Translations under genes and position numbers: made by a program
Notes under the pieces: model-generated
Told to the model about the DNA's origin: nothing
What the model saw: only the letters and a program-made list of their open reading frames with translations
Databases searched by the model: none
Source: the human T2T-CHM13v2.0 reference genome, Homo sapiens
Assembly: GCF_009914755.1 (NCBI RefSeq)
Contig: NC_060928.1
DNA length: 64,000 nt
Direction: 5' to 3' (one strand)
Shown: piece after piece, positions 14,301-34,559 of the stretch
How the letters are laid out: each line of letters starts with the position of its first letter
Numbering within the stretch: position 1 is the first letter of the stretch

Positions 14301-16911
14301 AGAGACAACTAGCAGGATGGCAAAGCTCAAAAGAGAATGTCTGAGGCCAAAGTATGTATGGTCAATAAAGAAAAGAATGTTAAAATTAGATTGTAGAATT
14401 GTAAAATATAGATACACAATTGATATTAAAGCTATATTTATATGGAGTTATACTTTCTACCAAATAGAGATCATTAGCATTTCTATCAGATAAGAATTAT
14501 CTATAAATCATCAATATTCCTCAGGATAGCACCTGATATTCCAGACTCTGGACCATAATGAGGAGCAAAGAAACAGTCAAACAATAAAGAAACCCTTTTG
14601 GCTTCTTCTGAAGATGACTTTAGGCATGCGTTTTGGACAATGCTCTAAGATAGCACTGAAAATCTACATGGTGATAATTTGCCACATTTTTAATTCTGCA
14701 TCATTGTTATGCACATATGTGTAAGAAAGACAAGTAACCAGAAATTTCAAACAATACCATGGAATGACTTGAGATTCAGGAAATACTTGCTAAGGTTTAC
14801 TTTATAAATGTTTTTAAGTAAAAGAATCAGCTGAATACAATAATTTCCAAATACATTCATCATGCAACCAATTTCTTAAAAGTGCCATATTTAATGCTCT
14901 AAAGTTTGTTCCTTTCACCTAACTTGTTGTGTTGAATGCTTATGAAAAATTTATTGACTACTCTGGTGACCCTCAGTAATTAACTTTCATCTTCTTCATA
15001 GTCCATCCTTTTAATCTTTCTAAATGCCATTTGGTAGGTGCCAGATACAGCTGCTGTCTTCCAAAGTCTCCAAATCTTGATGTGGCTGTACATTCTTTAT
15101 CTCCTCCACGTGTATAAGGAGATTTGCAGCTTCCATGGTTATTGTCTCAGCCCACCCTGTGCAACATAGAATCAAGCAGGACTCTCTAGAGTAAAACCCT
15201 CTGCTGGGCCATCTGTTCATATAGGACTGTTTAAAATGTTATTTGCATTTGCTATATCCCATAGGAAACCACAGTAGTATTCCCTTTTGGGCAAATCTGT
15301 GGCATAGATATTATCACTGAATTTTTAAAGCCCACTTTTAAAAAATAGGAGATAATATAACACCCATTAATTCAATTGGGAATATAATGCAGCTCCCTAA
15401 TCCCACACGAACTTGTCATCTCCATGAGCAGATGTTAACACAAAAATAAAAATCAGAATGCAAAAATCACAGATCAACACACTTTTATTACTGGACGAGC
15501 ATCTCCATATTAAAACACATCAATACTATTTTACATTTGTGGGGTTTTTGTAAGCAAATCTCAAAGAAAGAAGGTTTATATAACTCCAGGTAATAACTTG
15601 CCTTTTCAATCTTAGCCCTTATTGTGGGTTAGAACCTTACAAAATATGTTGGTAAAAAATAACTAACATGTGGTTTTAGATTTTATGAAGGATTTAGTAC
15701 TGAACCTGATCAATAAATAAAATATTTAAAATATATAAATTTTAAAGCAGAAAATCCATGTTATTATTCTATTTGTCACTTTTTCTTCAGAACTCTTAAA
15801 TCAAGAATTCAATGTCACTTCCTCATAGTTTAAACATAAACCATGCTGGTAATTTACTCTGTGTAAGTTATCCCTGATTCTACTTAAAATGATGTACACT
15901 AAACCTCCCATAAAGAGTTTTTAGTCATAGTTAAATACATTTGAGGGGAAAACACAGCTATTATCTGGTGGTCTATTTAAAAAAAGGTTGGGGGGCGTAT
16001 AACATAGGGACCTTGTTGAAATGTTATTGTTATTGTTGTTGTTGCAATTGAGCTGATTGTTTAACAACACTCCAAATGTAGATTTACTTTTGGGATAACT
16101 TTCATTGATAATTAAATACCCACGTTCTTTAACTTTCTCTTATACATTTTTCTTTATCCAGTAGTCCTTAAAGCAAGCTCATTGCCTATTAATTAACACT
16201 ATTATTATCATGAAAATGAAGTTGTTATTCGTATTTCAATAATAATACATGTTTGTCTTAGAAAATTCAATGTATGGAAAGTAAAAGAAAAAATATACAA
16301 AATAATTGCTTTACTTCTACTACCAGGAAATAGATATCATTATTTAGCTTAAGTGAGTATCATTCCTACTTTTATTTTCATGTAGAAAGATTAGGAGGGT
16401 CAGATAGATCAAAATACTACTATAAAAACTTGATTATGTGGTATTATGTGGTAATATGAATGTAGATTATTAAATTTTATTTATATTAGAACAAGAAAAA
16501 CAAGTAAAATAGAAAGTAAAGGAATAGTTAAAATTCACATAGAATATTTTAGAGCAGAAAAATAATGTTCTAAAAGATTACCATAACTATTAATTAAAAA
16601 TGATACTATGAAAAAATGTATGAAGTTAAAATGTCTTGATTGTAGGCGATTTCATCTGCCTCTCTGTTGTGATGAAGGGCTCACACATTTCCTCCTACTC
16701 CCCAGCTCTGATTTTTGTTAATTCTAGAATCACTTTTTTCAATCTCAAACTTTAAATTATTTTATTTTTTCTTAGCAATGATTTACATGGAATTACATGA
16801 ATAATTTACATGGAATAACTGCTTACACTCATTTCATCCTCTCCTTCTTTATTTTTAAGCCTTTTATTTTGATACATATCCTATCTTAAATGAGTAGATT
16901 CCTTAGTAAAG

Positions 16912-17133
16912 TTTCTTCTTCATTCCTTCCTTTTTTCCTTCATTTTTTCTCCCTTCCTTCTTTCATCCTTTCCTTTCTTCCTCCATCCCTCTTGCTCTTT
17001 TTCTTTATCCTTCTTTTTTCTTTCCTTCCTTCCTTCCTTTTTTTCCTCTCTCCCTTCTTTGTTCCCTCTTCCTTCCTTGCCTCCCTTTTTCCTTTCCTCC
17101 TTTTCTTCTCTCCTTCTTTGTTTTTTTTTTTCC
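16912..17133. repeat. Polypyrimidine (TTCC/TTTC) low-complexity tract
   Basis: ~220 bp almost entirely C/T on the + strand. It explains ORFs 16890..17327 and 16920..17135. Confidence 0.95.
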
Positions 17134-17139
17134 AAGAAA

Positions 17140-17520
17140 AGCTAATATATGTACTTATTGACTCCTTTCATCTTTTAAATATCTATCTCTTTAAGCACAT
17201 ACTATGGCTTGAATTTAATATTCTTCGGTCACCTTGTCTTCAGAATTCCATAACTACTGCTCCAGTGTTTTTTAACATTGTTTCTATGGAGACATTTGAT
17301 GCTAACCTGATGTTTTCACTTTGCTAAGTTATTTTCCTTTTCTTCACAGGGTTCTGAACTCCTTTTTTCATTTTTGAGGGTCAATAAGTTAGCCAAGATG
17401 GGACATACTATTGAGTGTTCTGTACTAAATTTTCCTCTAATTTCTTATATTTTTAAATCAGCAGCTTGAAGTTTTTCTTAACTTCAAAGAAAATTATCTA
17501 TTTTATTTATTGTGTTTACA
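17140..17520 (-). mobile_element. Old L1ME/HAL1-like ORF1-region fragment
   Basis: aacattgtttctatggagacatttgatgctaacctgatg resembles antisense old L1 ORF1. Confidence 0.4.
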
Positions 17521-17734
17521 AATTTGGGATAACTTACTATACTTATGATGTTTGATTGTTTTATCCTCTCCCTCTATAAATCAGCTTCTCTCCCTTTAGA
17601 TAATTTTTCTTCTTTCACTTGCATCATTGTCAGGCCACACTCATCTACCTTGCTACAAATTAAGAGTACATTTTGTAAGATTGTATTCACTTTTACATTA
17701 ACGGAACACTTCAAAAAAATGATTAAGGATGTTC

Positions 17735-18090
17735 AGGCCATAGAATACTATTCAGAAATGACAGCTAACAAACTATAGCTACCAAAGCAATATGAGCAAA
17801 TGTCACAAACAAACACTTAGTGGAAAAAAGGTAGCCAAAACAAAAGAATATTGTATAATTTCCAATATCCAATTTTCAAAAATAGGCTAAAAATTATACT
17901 TAGATATTAAAATAATTGTTATTTTGGATAAGAGGCAAAAGGCGATGCTTTGGAAGGGAATGGGGAGAGTTCATAGATGGTGGCGAGATTTTGTCCTTTG
18001 ACCTGGATGGTAGTTGTAGCATAAATATTGATGCTATGATACATAATTATAGCATAACTAATATTTTTCTCAATAAGCAATATATTGCAA
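17735..18090 (+). mobile_element. L1ME 3' end
   Basis: atagaatactattcagaaatg...gatggtggcgagattttgtcctttgacctggatggtagttg. Confidence 0.65.
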
Positions 18091-18744
18091 CTATTTTCAA
18101 TATCCAAAAATGAAATTTTGAGTCTTTTCAATGTATGTGACATTGTTTAAGACCTTGATGCCATTTAAGATAGAAAACAAAATAGTCTGGATGATCAACA
18201 TTTATAATTAATATTGTTATTTTAAAACTATTACATACCAAGATTATGAAAAAATTATAAATCAGTACATATTATTTATAAAAGCCAATGTAGTCTTTCA
18301 GTTTTATTTTAGTAACCAAATTTTGTTCACTTAAAAATTTTTTCACTAAAACTTCGTATATGTGAATTTCCATGTAAAGAATTAAAAGTGGTTTTAAATA
18401 TAAAAGATTCTTTTTATTTGACTTTGTCCTCTCATATAACAATTATCTGAATCATGCATCATAACTCACATGATCTCAGGTTATATTCCATAGATACTTA
18501 TCTAATTGAATTTATTAATATTCTTTTATCCAACCATTTTTAAGGGTTATCTAAAACTTTAACATGAAGTATATATATTCCTTTACCTTGCAGGGTAGGT
18601 TATGCATAATGGGGCCTATCCCACCTTAGTGACTCATATCATACTACTCAGATCATCCTCTTCAGTAAGTGGTCTAGTCATTACCTATAATGTGCCTTGC
18701 CCTAGCATCATTGCTATCACTATCATCATCATCGTTATCACTCT

Positions 18745-18890
18745 TCTAAGAGCTTAACAGATAATTTATAGTCTACTAACAACTCTGTGAAAAAGGTATT
18801 ATCACTACCTTTATTTTATGGTTAAGTAAACCAGAATACAAAATTTATATAATTTGCCCAAGGTCATATAAGTAGTAAGTAGCTGTTTTA
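18745..18890 (-). mobile_element. MIR
   Basis: aacaactctgtgaaaaaggtattatc...aatttgcccaaggtcatataagtagtaagt. Confidence 0.7.
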
Positions 18891-20144
18891 CAATGAGAAG
18901 CCATGTGCAATAAGATATTCACGAAAATACTTAGGCTTGAATCTTTAACAGAAAAGCTAAAAGAAAGTAAAATAAAACACTTTCTTATATGAAATAATAC
19001 CTATATACTTTGTATAAAGACCAATTTAATGTCCTCTTTACTATCTTCCTTTTAATAGAAATGTTAAAATCTTAGCCGTATAACAATACAAAGGACCATC
19101 ATAATACCATTTCATCTTATGCTCATGTACTGATACACTGTCACGTAAGTAAAGGAAAATACAAGCTTAAGTCATAAGTGCAATTATATATGTTTCATCT
19201 CATTTTCAAAGATCATTGGAATCATATGACATACAATATGATTTTCTTCATTTTGATACCAACATTTATTTTGGTATGTTTCAAAACCATGGATACTATG
19301 CATACACTACAGGAGTAAAAAGTAAACATGCAATTTTCTCAGTTTATCATATTTTATTTTGTAGAATTATTGAATCAGTTTTATTTAGAAAAGTATAGAA
19401 ACCACATGATGCAAAACTCAACCCAGTGGATCTCCACCATTCTCAATATTTCCCAAGAATAATAAAAAAAAGCAAGCCATATAACACATATGTACATAGT
19501 CTTGAGCTGGCTTTCTTCCAGTTATCCCATTTAAACAGACTTTAGTTCTGTGAGAACTGAATATGAATAGTAAATCCACTGAGGCTGGGGGAGACTCTGA
19601 GAGAAAAGATAGGGCTGAGAACTTGTTAGATTCCTTCTGAAGATCTCTCTCTCTCTCTCTCACTTTACATAACCCATTTGGTTGTAGCAATAGGAGCCAC
19701 ATTTCCAGATGTATTTTGGACAGTTCTCAAGAGCAGTAAGAACTGCGGTCCAGCTTAAACAGAGGTTTAAAACAGATTGATCAGGCAGGAGAAGTCACGT
19801 GTCTTGGGTAATGGCATTCCATTAGGTCTATGCTAGGGCTGGATTCAAGTCTGAAAAGGGAAGTGCCTGTTGCAAGCATTCTAAAACTCAGGGCTCATAT
19901 AAGGGGACTTAATTACCTGAGTCTAAGAACAATATTAAAAATACTTTTAGAAATATAGATAATGTATAATATTAAGTGCATCTAAACGTTTCCATTTTTC
20001 CATTTTTTTTCTTTTTTACTACTTAATCTGTAACATTTTTAAGGCAATTATCAAAAAATCAGAAAGACTATAACAAATTTCTTCTGGTGATAGGTAATTT
20101 CTTAAAGATAAGAATTCTATGAGTTTCTACATTAAGATAATCAT

Positions 20145-20410
20145 CTATGTATTATATTAGCATTTTCTCAGGCCCAAATATTATACTAGGTACTAGACTA
20201 CAGGAATATGCCATAATTATTTCTCTCAAGGAACTTGTAGCTTTGTGGGAGAGACAGAAGAGAAAACCACTGACGACTGCATTGAAAATGTATGTTTTAG
20301 AAGCTAATCAGCATAAAAGGGTCACCATTGGTAATGCAATGGTTGAGTGAGAGAAGTTTTCTCTTAGAGAGTTTTAACTCAACATAGATGTTAGCAAAGC
20401 GGAACCAGGG
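20145..20410 (-). mobile_element. L2 fragment
   Basis: atactaggtactagactacagg...tctctcaaggaacttgtagctttgtggggagagacag. Confidence 0.55.
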
Positions 20411-20549
20411 AAGAGATCCCATATTAATATATGAAGTAAATTAATCTCTCTTCTATAATCTGTATTAATCACTGGATAAATATCATCACCTGTCTAAAGG
20501 CTTTGAGATTCTTCTAGAAGCATGATTAGTCACAACCACGAACATTCCC

Positions 20550-21220
20550 TATATTAGTTTGTTTTGTATTGCTATCACAAAATACCTGAGATTGCGTAAT
20601 TTATAATGAACAGAAAATTATTGGCTCACAATTCTGGAGGTTGGAAAATCCAGTATCTAGCTGCAAGCATCTGGAGAGAGCCTTTTTGCTGCATTATATG
20701 ATAATATGGCAGATGGTAAGAGGGTGACAGAGGGCAAGAGGGGGCCAAATTCCCCTTTTATCACAGCACGAGTATTACCCACTAGTGGAGCCTCCATAGC
20801 ATAACCGCCTCTGAAAACTTCCACTTCTTGGCCAGGCGCGGTGGCTTACGCTTGTAATCCGAGCAATTTGGGAGGCCAAGGCGGGCCAATCATGACATCA
20901 GGAGTTCAAGACCAGCTTGGCCAACATGGTGAAACCCCGTCTCTACTAAAAATAAGGAAGATTAGCTGTGCGTGGTGGCGGGCACCTGTAATCCCAGCTA
21001 CTCGCAAGGCTAAGGCAGGAGAATCTCTGAACCCGGGAGTTAGAGGTTGCAGTGAGCCAAGATCAAGATCGCACCACTGCACTCCAGCCTTGGCGACAGA
21101 GCAAGACTCCATCAAAAACAAACAAACAAACAAACAAAAAGTCCACTTCTTAATACTGTTACAATGGCAATTACATTTCAACATGAGTTTTGAGGGGGAC
21201 ATTTATTCAAATCATAATAG
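20550..21220 (-). mobile_element. MST-type MaLR solo LTR split by an Alu
   Basis: tattagtttgttttgtattgctatcacaaaatacctgaga...ggctcacaattctggagg; resumes after the Alu with ccacttcttaatactgttacaatggcaattacatttcaacatgag. Confidence 0.85.
20830..21140 (+). mobile_element. AluS with (CAAA)n tail
   Basis: Full dimer with ggagttcaagaccagcttggccaacatgg. TSD tccacttctt at 20820-20829 and 21142-21151. Confidence 0.97.
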
Positions 21221-23005
21221 TCTCTAAGGTTGCTTTAAAAGTGACATTTAGATCTAAAAAGTTTTATAGCTGTATTTGTGCATTGTGTGGATGTGTGTGT
21301 TAGACTGTCTATCAGAGAGCTATGGGAACCTTTTCTCAACTGATGGTGGAAAAAACTGTAACACTGAGGGACAGCTATTGTGAAGCTTTCAAAAGAGAAC
21401 AGAGAAGGGATAGTTTTGATAAGATTTGTTTGTGCTAGCGTGGCCAACAATAGACACGGGTAACGATAGACAAATTTACCATCCCCACCCCACCATTTGC
21501 CTGGAAATTTCTTCATTTCCAATAATATTTTATCCTCTAACTGAAACAATTCCAAAAATGGAATCTGAAAGGGAAATACAAGTCTATTGAAAATAAGTAT
21601 TTCTTATACTTGATACCAGAAATATCAAATAAAAATTTAGCATATAAGGGTTTTTTTGTATTTAACTCAATTTTGAAGATGTTATACCTATATTAAATAA
21701 GGTTCAATTATTTTATAGTAAACATTTGGTAATGTATTTTAAATTTGTACTCCACATAAATTATGTTTGGAAAATATTTAAATAACCAATATTTAATAAA
21801 TGTCCTGAAATAAGCTAGGAGACAGTATTTTTAGAGAATCGGGAATTATGAATATAGGGAAAGAGGAGCAAGTGTGATGACACTAAGTGATGCATACTTT
21901 TGGGACACTCTTAACTCTTGACAAGAATGCAATATATTCACGAAGGACAAAATTTGAAATTCCTATCCTTCATCTAGAAGAAATAGTATATTCCTGCATA
22001 TAACTTTTTAGTGGGCTGAAAATTCAGTGTTCTTCAGGCTATATACAGCTGAAGAGAAATTTTAAGGATGAAAAGAAATGAAACCTAATCTCTGATAATT
22101 TTAAAAATAGATAAACATCACTGGACTTCAAATTCACTTCCCTCTTCACAAAAGAAATGGACTCTACACACTAGTGACTCTGCCAAGGTTTTAACATTCA
22201 GTAATATCCCACCAGCGTACACTAAAGAAAATGGAAAGCAAATACCATGCCAAGATTAGACGTTTGCAGTTCTGTCTGCTTTTCCAACTCTCATCACACT
22301 CAGACACCAGGGACTGAAACAACATCATTTTAAACTTAAAAGTAAAGTTTGTCATGTGAAAATTGCAGATGAAATAAATCCTAGCTAAGCATGCCCTTTT
22401 CTCTTAGGGAAAAAAAAAAGTAAACTGGATTATAAGGATCAAATTGCTCCACTGCTTTGAGACATGTTCAAATATTCAGTTATGCACTATGCATTTGCAA
22501 TTTATGCATTCTTATTACACTTCTGGTTTTGTCATGTACTAATGCTAGATAAACAGATTCTCTGCAAAATACACTCTATTTAAGAGATGTTAAGGTTAAG
22601 ATACATGCACATGAAAGCCAGCAAATGCAAAACTAAAGCTGCCTAAAGGCGTTTAGACTGCCCTGCTGGGGGAAGAACACACATTCCCAAATGCAGGAAA
22701 AGGGAACAAAATTAAAGGTTAGCATGTCTAGAAAATTGTGTATATTTTATACATCCTTGAACATCAAGCTCAGTTATTTGAATTTTTAGTGAAAATATCA
22801 CTTTTGAAAAGTACAAACATAGGTAGCAGCAAAATATAGGAAAGTATATTACTTATTTAATTGTAAAAACTACTAATAGCCACTGCATTTTTTGCCCCTT
22901 GACAGTGGTTTATGCTTCAAAAAATGACAAGTAGACAACAGTGGTAACTGCATTCTATTTCATGTTTATACTTCCCTAAAAATGATGAAAACATGACCCT
23001 TTTTT

Positions 23006-27679
<4,674 letters not shown>

Positions 27680-27889
27680 TGACCCTTTATTTTCAGGAAT
27701 TCAAGGTATTTCCAACATCAATATTACAAATTATTAGAGATGTGCATTGACCTTTGCAAGGCTCAAAAAAATAAATTCCTAATTTTAAGTCTTATTGATG
27801 ATCACAGATGGGTATCTTATCCAAAGTTATAAAGAAACCAAAGGAAGGAAGACTCTTTAGCTCTGGGACTACTGGATTCCTTCAAGCAA

Positions 27890-28005
27890 TAATAGTAACA
27901 ACTCTCATGACACTTTTCAAAGCCTAGCACATTGTTTTACATTAATCCTGACACTAATCTTCTGTGGTGGTTACTATAATTTATATTTTACAGATCAAGA
28001 AACAT
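27890..28005 (-). mobile_element. MIR (left part, probably resumes ~28810-28890)
   Basis: acattaatcctgacactaatcttctgtggtgg...attttacagatcaagaaac; later aagtggcaaaaatcaaacttgaacccag. Confidence 0.6.
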
Positions 28006-28007
28006 GG

Positions 28008-28800
28008 GAGAGACTGACTGTGCTTATCTAGTGTCTGTTCTTCCCCAGAGCCCTTTTCTATTCTCCTCTGCATTGTAGGGGCTGGCTTACAGACTGCTTG
28101 TATAACACTCCAATGTCAGCTGAATTCTGGATGGGATCAGGCAATGTGGTATTATTGGGAGTTGGGAGGATGGAAGAAAGAGATAAGTCAGGTTATTTCT
28201 GCCTCTCCTTCTTTGCATCTCCTTTCTTTCCCTCCATTTCTACTACTAGCTATATCTGTTATATGGTTTCATTTGACATTGAGTGGGATCACTTGATTGC
28301 CACATTTTCTGAGTGATCTAGACCCTGCCCTGCAATAGCACTACTCCCTCCCTCTGACCTTCTGGTTCTGGGTATCTAGTGACTTTCTGGTGGGACTTAT
28401 TTCTGGGGAACCTTACATTCCCTGTTTCCCTTTATATCTCTCTAAGCATCTATGTAGCCCAATTTCCAAATTAAAAGTACTTTTTTTTTTTTTTTTGAGT
28501 GGAGTCTCGCTCTGTCACCCAGGCTGGAGTGCTGTGGCGACAGCTAGGTTCACTGCAACCTCTGCCTCCGGGGTTCAAGCTATTCTCCTACCTCAGCCTC
28601 CTGAGTAGCAGGGACTACAGGGTAATTTCCCCATGTTGGCCAGGCTGGTCTCCAACTCCTGACCTCAAGGGGTCTGCCTGCCTTGGCCTCTCAAAGTGCT
28701 GGGATTACAGGCACAGGCGTAAGCCACCACGCCCGGCAAAAAACAAAACAAACAAACAAAAAAAAAACCCACCTTTTTTAAAATGCACAAGTAGCTTGTG
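28008..28800 (+). mobile_element. Old ERVL-class LTR (LTR33/LTR41-like) split by an Alu
   Basis: ttctcctctgcattgtaggggctgg...gggaggatggaagaaagagataagtcaggttatttct...tagtgactttctgg...aattaaa. Confidence 0.55.
28481..28737 (-). mobile_element. AluS with internal deletion of the central linker region
   Basis: Both arms are recognisable, but gggactacagggtaatttccccatgttggcc lacks ~45 bp of consensus. Confidence 0.95.
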
Positions 28801-30006
28801 TTGTGGGTTAAGTTGCTGTGGATTCATTTACTTAGATGTTAAGTGGCAAAAATCAAACTTGAACCCAGAATACCCAAATGGAATCCCAAGACTGTTTCCA
28901 CTTCTATGCCAGAGTAGCCTTTCAGATCACTCAGTCCATTGCTGATTCTCTTTGGGAAAGGGGTTATATTGTTTAATCTAGGGAGAGAAAGAAGCATAAT
29001 ATTGTGAAGGTAAAATTCTGTTTGCTACAAATGTAATGAACATTGCTCATTGTTCTGTGATTATTCTAAAAATATGTCCACATCTTGTCATGGGTTTTGT
29101 TTATTGTTACCAACAATAAATGGCAAATGAGAGTATATGTTCATTGAGAGAATACTTCATTTAAAAAAAATGTTATATCAAAAGTATTTGGCCACTTGTC
29201 CCTACATAACTTCCAATTTGTTTCCAATCACTTGGCAAATAATCTTTTTAAATTATGTATTATCACATTTTATACATAAGGTATAGAACATAATACACAA
29301 GAAAGAACTATTCAAAAGTCACTAAACACCAATGTGCTCTTTTAATCATAAAGTATATTTTAATAAATTTGGGGTATTTATTTTAAAAGTTTAAAGACTC
29401 TATTAGGCTGTATTTGATCACATAAAATACACATTTTACTTTCTGCCATGTTAACGTAGGAGGAATCAATTTCTGAAATAACTTTTGGTAATATAGTTTA
29501 TTATTTGTCTTTTCTCATTAACAAAAATTTGATAGCTGACAAGAAGCAGTAAAAGATTAGAGAAATATATATAAATTATACAAATACATATGCTTCTGCC
29601 TGGTTTCTGAATACTATTTCATTAATAAATAAAAAATATAATTCACATGACTATTTTAAGCTAATTTTATCTTTTTTTTGTTGTTAAGAGGGTTATTAGT
29701 TTGATTCTCATGGTATAATTACAAAGAAAACCAATACTCTGCTTTGTCCATAATTTATCTCTTTCCTTTATCTAGAAGTATATAATTTATGCCATCTAAA
29801 GTTCATTATTTTTTTCTTATTATTATACCTTCAACAAGCATATATTAAGGGCCTGCACGTGCACAAATCTAGTTACCAGAATTGCATTTAATTTTAGAAG
29901 GCAGTTAATGTTCTTTCCCAACTGACAAAACCAAATTAAAATCTATATTGGCAGAATAGACCAAAATTGAGAAATAGCTGATATAACACAACTTTCTACA
30001 CAAAAA

Positions 30007-30031
30007 TGCACGCACGCGCGCACACACACAC
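30007..30031. repeat. Alternating purine-pyrimidine tract (CA/CG)n
   Basis: tgcacgcacgcgcgcacacacacac. Confidence 0.85.
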
Positions 30032-30626
30032 CCACTTGTTTATACACTAGACACAGCATACATGATGAAAAAATTCTAGAAATTTTAACCAAATATGTAT
30101 GCTAAGTATCCTGAAAAAGCAGATTAAATAAGCAGTGATTTCTTCTTATGGATTTCCCAATTTAAATAGCTACGAAAAGCCATCTGGGCATATCCACAGA
30201 TGCACAGCTTGGCTGCAAGCACAGCAGTTTACAGAAAGTCATATGCTAAGTTTGGACATTCAGGTCCTCCCTTTGCGTTACATTTTCAAAGGCAGATTAT
30301 GAAGAAAAGAGTTGAGAATTTAATGCACATGTATAGTTAACAAGGTTTTTGCACTTAACTTATTTGAAATTGATTGCAATTTAAAGATGCAGTTATGTGC
30401 TCTCTAACCCCATACTGAACGTATCATGTGAAAGCAATTTCAGAGTAATTGCCTCATAAGACATAGTTAAGTTAGTTCCTTAAATATGTAAATCAAACTT
30501 GTTCCTTGACTAATTGTGATTCAATCTATGATTAAATTTAATTCCTCTTGCTTTATAAATCTAGTATTTTCTCAATGGAAATGCAGCTATGAATATAAAT
30601 AAATTAAGACAACATATTTTGTTACT

Positions 30627-30828
30627 TAGTGGTTCCCAACCAAGCGCTATTTTTCCTTCAAGACGACATTTAGAAACATCTGGGTACACTTTTAGTTGTC
30701 ACAACAGAAAGAGGGTTGGCCTCTAGTACGTAGATACCAAGTAAGTTTCTGTGCATTCTACAATGCACAGGACAATTCTCCTTGTAACCCAAGTTAAAAC
30801 ATTAGCAATTCTGAGGTTGAAAACCCTG
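30627..30828 (+). mobile_element. MER20 hAT-type MITE
   Basis: Termini tagtggttcccaacc and ggttgaaaaccctg; internal ttgtcacaac, ctagtacgtaga, ctacaatgcacaggaca. Confidence 0.85.
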
Positions 30829-30919
30829 TTATGGTGTAACATTTGATTATTACGTTTTATTGTCATGTCACTACATCATAAATATATGCAGGGTCAGCTT
30901 GGTGAGTTATGTGTAAAAA

Positions 30920-32870
<1,951 letters not shown>

Positions 32871-33127
32871 TGAGACAATCTGTCCCAGAAAGTGGTAACC
32901 AGAAGCCAGTTTGGATTTACCAGTATGACACAGGTAAATAGAAAATGCTTATGAATCACAAAAAGATCATTCTTAACTGTATCAAAGTGATCACAAAGGC
33001 TTAAAGTAGAACGATCTGTGGCTTGATCAGTTTTCAATCCCAATAGCAGTTATTTGTTTTCAACACTAATTGACATAACACAGCAATTTATTTTTGGTCT
33101 ATTATTTTCACAAGACTAGCAGCCTAG

Positions 33128-33408
33128 TGTCTTCCAAAATTTTCGGGTCATGGATCATAGTGAGAAATATACATCACGTTGATGCCCAACACACATATGC
33201 ACACACACACATACACAAACCTAGAATAAAAAATGTTTCATAAAACAATACTCCCACTTACAATGTATAATGGCAACCCTCTCTATTCCACTCCATTCTG
33301 TTTCAATTCTAATCTACTTAATTATATTTTATTTATTAATGCAGGACTTAACTCATTAAATTTACTTTAGGACCTATTAATGAGTCATGATCCACAATTT
33401 TAAAATTT
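33128..33408. mobile_element. hAT-Charlie-like DNA transposon remnant
   Basis: Ends tagtgtcttccaaaatt and aatgagtcatgatccacaattttaaaat, with internal (CA)n and ctattc repeats. Confidence 0.5.
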
Positions 33409-33949
33409 ATATTTGGACTACAATGAATATGTTTGGTTAGATTAAGCCACTAAAATGAAATATATAAAAAAGTGAAGTATCTGAAATGATTAAGCTATTT
33501 AGTCATATTATGAATATAATTATTTAACTAGATTTTACTTAATTAGAAAAACATTGGTAATCTGGTTCTTAATACTGGTTCATCTGTGAGGTAGGCATGA
33601 TTTTCAGTGCACAATTCAATATATGCTACACTTTTTTCTGTTCAGCTCTACAGGTTATATGTATAAAGAGTTGTTTATTGAACAAATCTTGAGAAGTTAA
33701 AGTTGATAATAAAGATGTATGAAAGGAAGGAGAATTAGAAATAGTGAAGAAAAGAATTGGAATAGAATAAGGTCAACAGAAGAAAATAATAAGGAAGAAT
33801 ACAAGACCAAAAATAGAAAATAAGACAAACATAAAATTTGATAAATCAATAAAGAAAATTAAAAATTTAAGAAACTTGATGTTACTTGTGTGGCATGAGT
33901 AGGATGCCAATATCAAGGGCCTTTCAACAGCAGAACTTACTAATAGTGA

Positions 33950-34170
33950 TATCATAATTGTACTGAACACTTTTTGCTTGTCAGATACTGTTCTAGGTGC
34001 TGAACATGTGCTAACTTGTTTATAGCCTTATAACAGTTCTAGAAGTTAGGTGCAGTTATTACTCCCATTTTATTGAGGAGCAAACCAAGATTTTCAGGAT
34101 CACACATCTTGTAAGTGTAAAGCCACAATGTGAGCAAGAATTATATATCCCCAAAGCCCACATTTACACT
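33950..34170 (-). mobile_element. MIR
   Basis: gtcagatactgttctaggtgctg...ttattactcccattttattgaggagcaaacc. Confidence 0.75.
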
Positions 34171-34228
34171 CTACAGTGACTACATTGTGAGCTAGACACT
34201 ACTATATTCAATGTTGTCTTATTCATGA

Positions 34229-34559
<331 letters not shown>

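Noticed and set aside
15020-15220. Minus-strand ORF with an acceptor-like ttgattctatgttgcacag and a partial CTCF-like ccagcagaggg
   Set aside because: Weak pyrimidine tract, no clear donor, unrecognised peptide, and the CTCF-like word lacks the terminal GC.
16890-17327. 145-aa Phe/Leu/Ser-rich membrane-protein-like ORF (similar ones at 36003-36373 and 43043-43375)
   Set aside because: These are translations of low-complexity pyrimidine or purine tracts.
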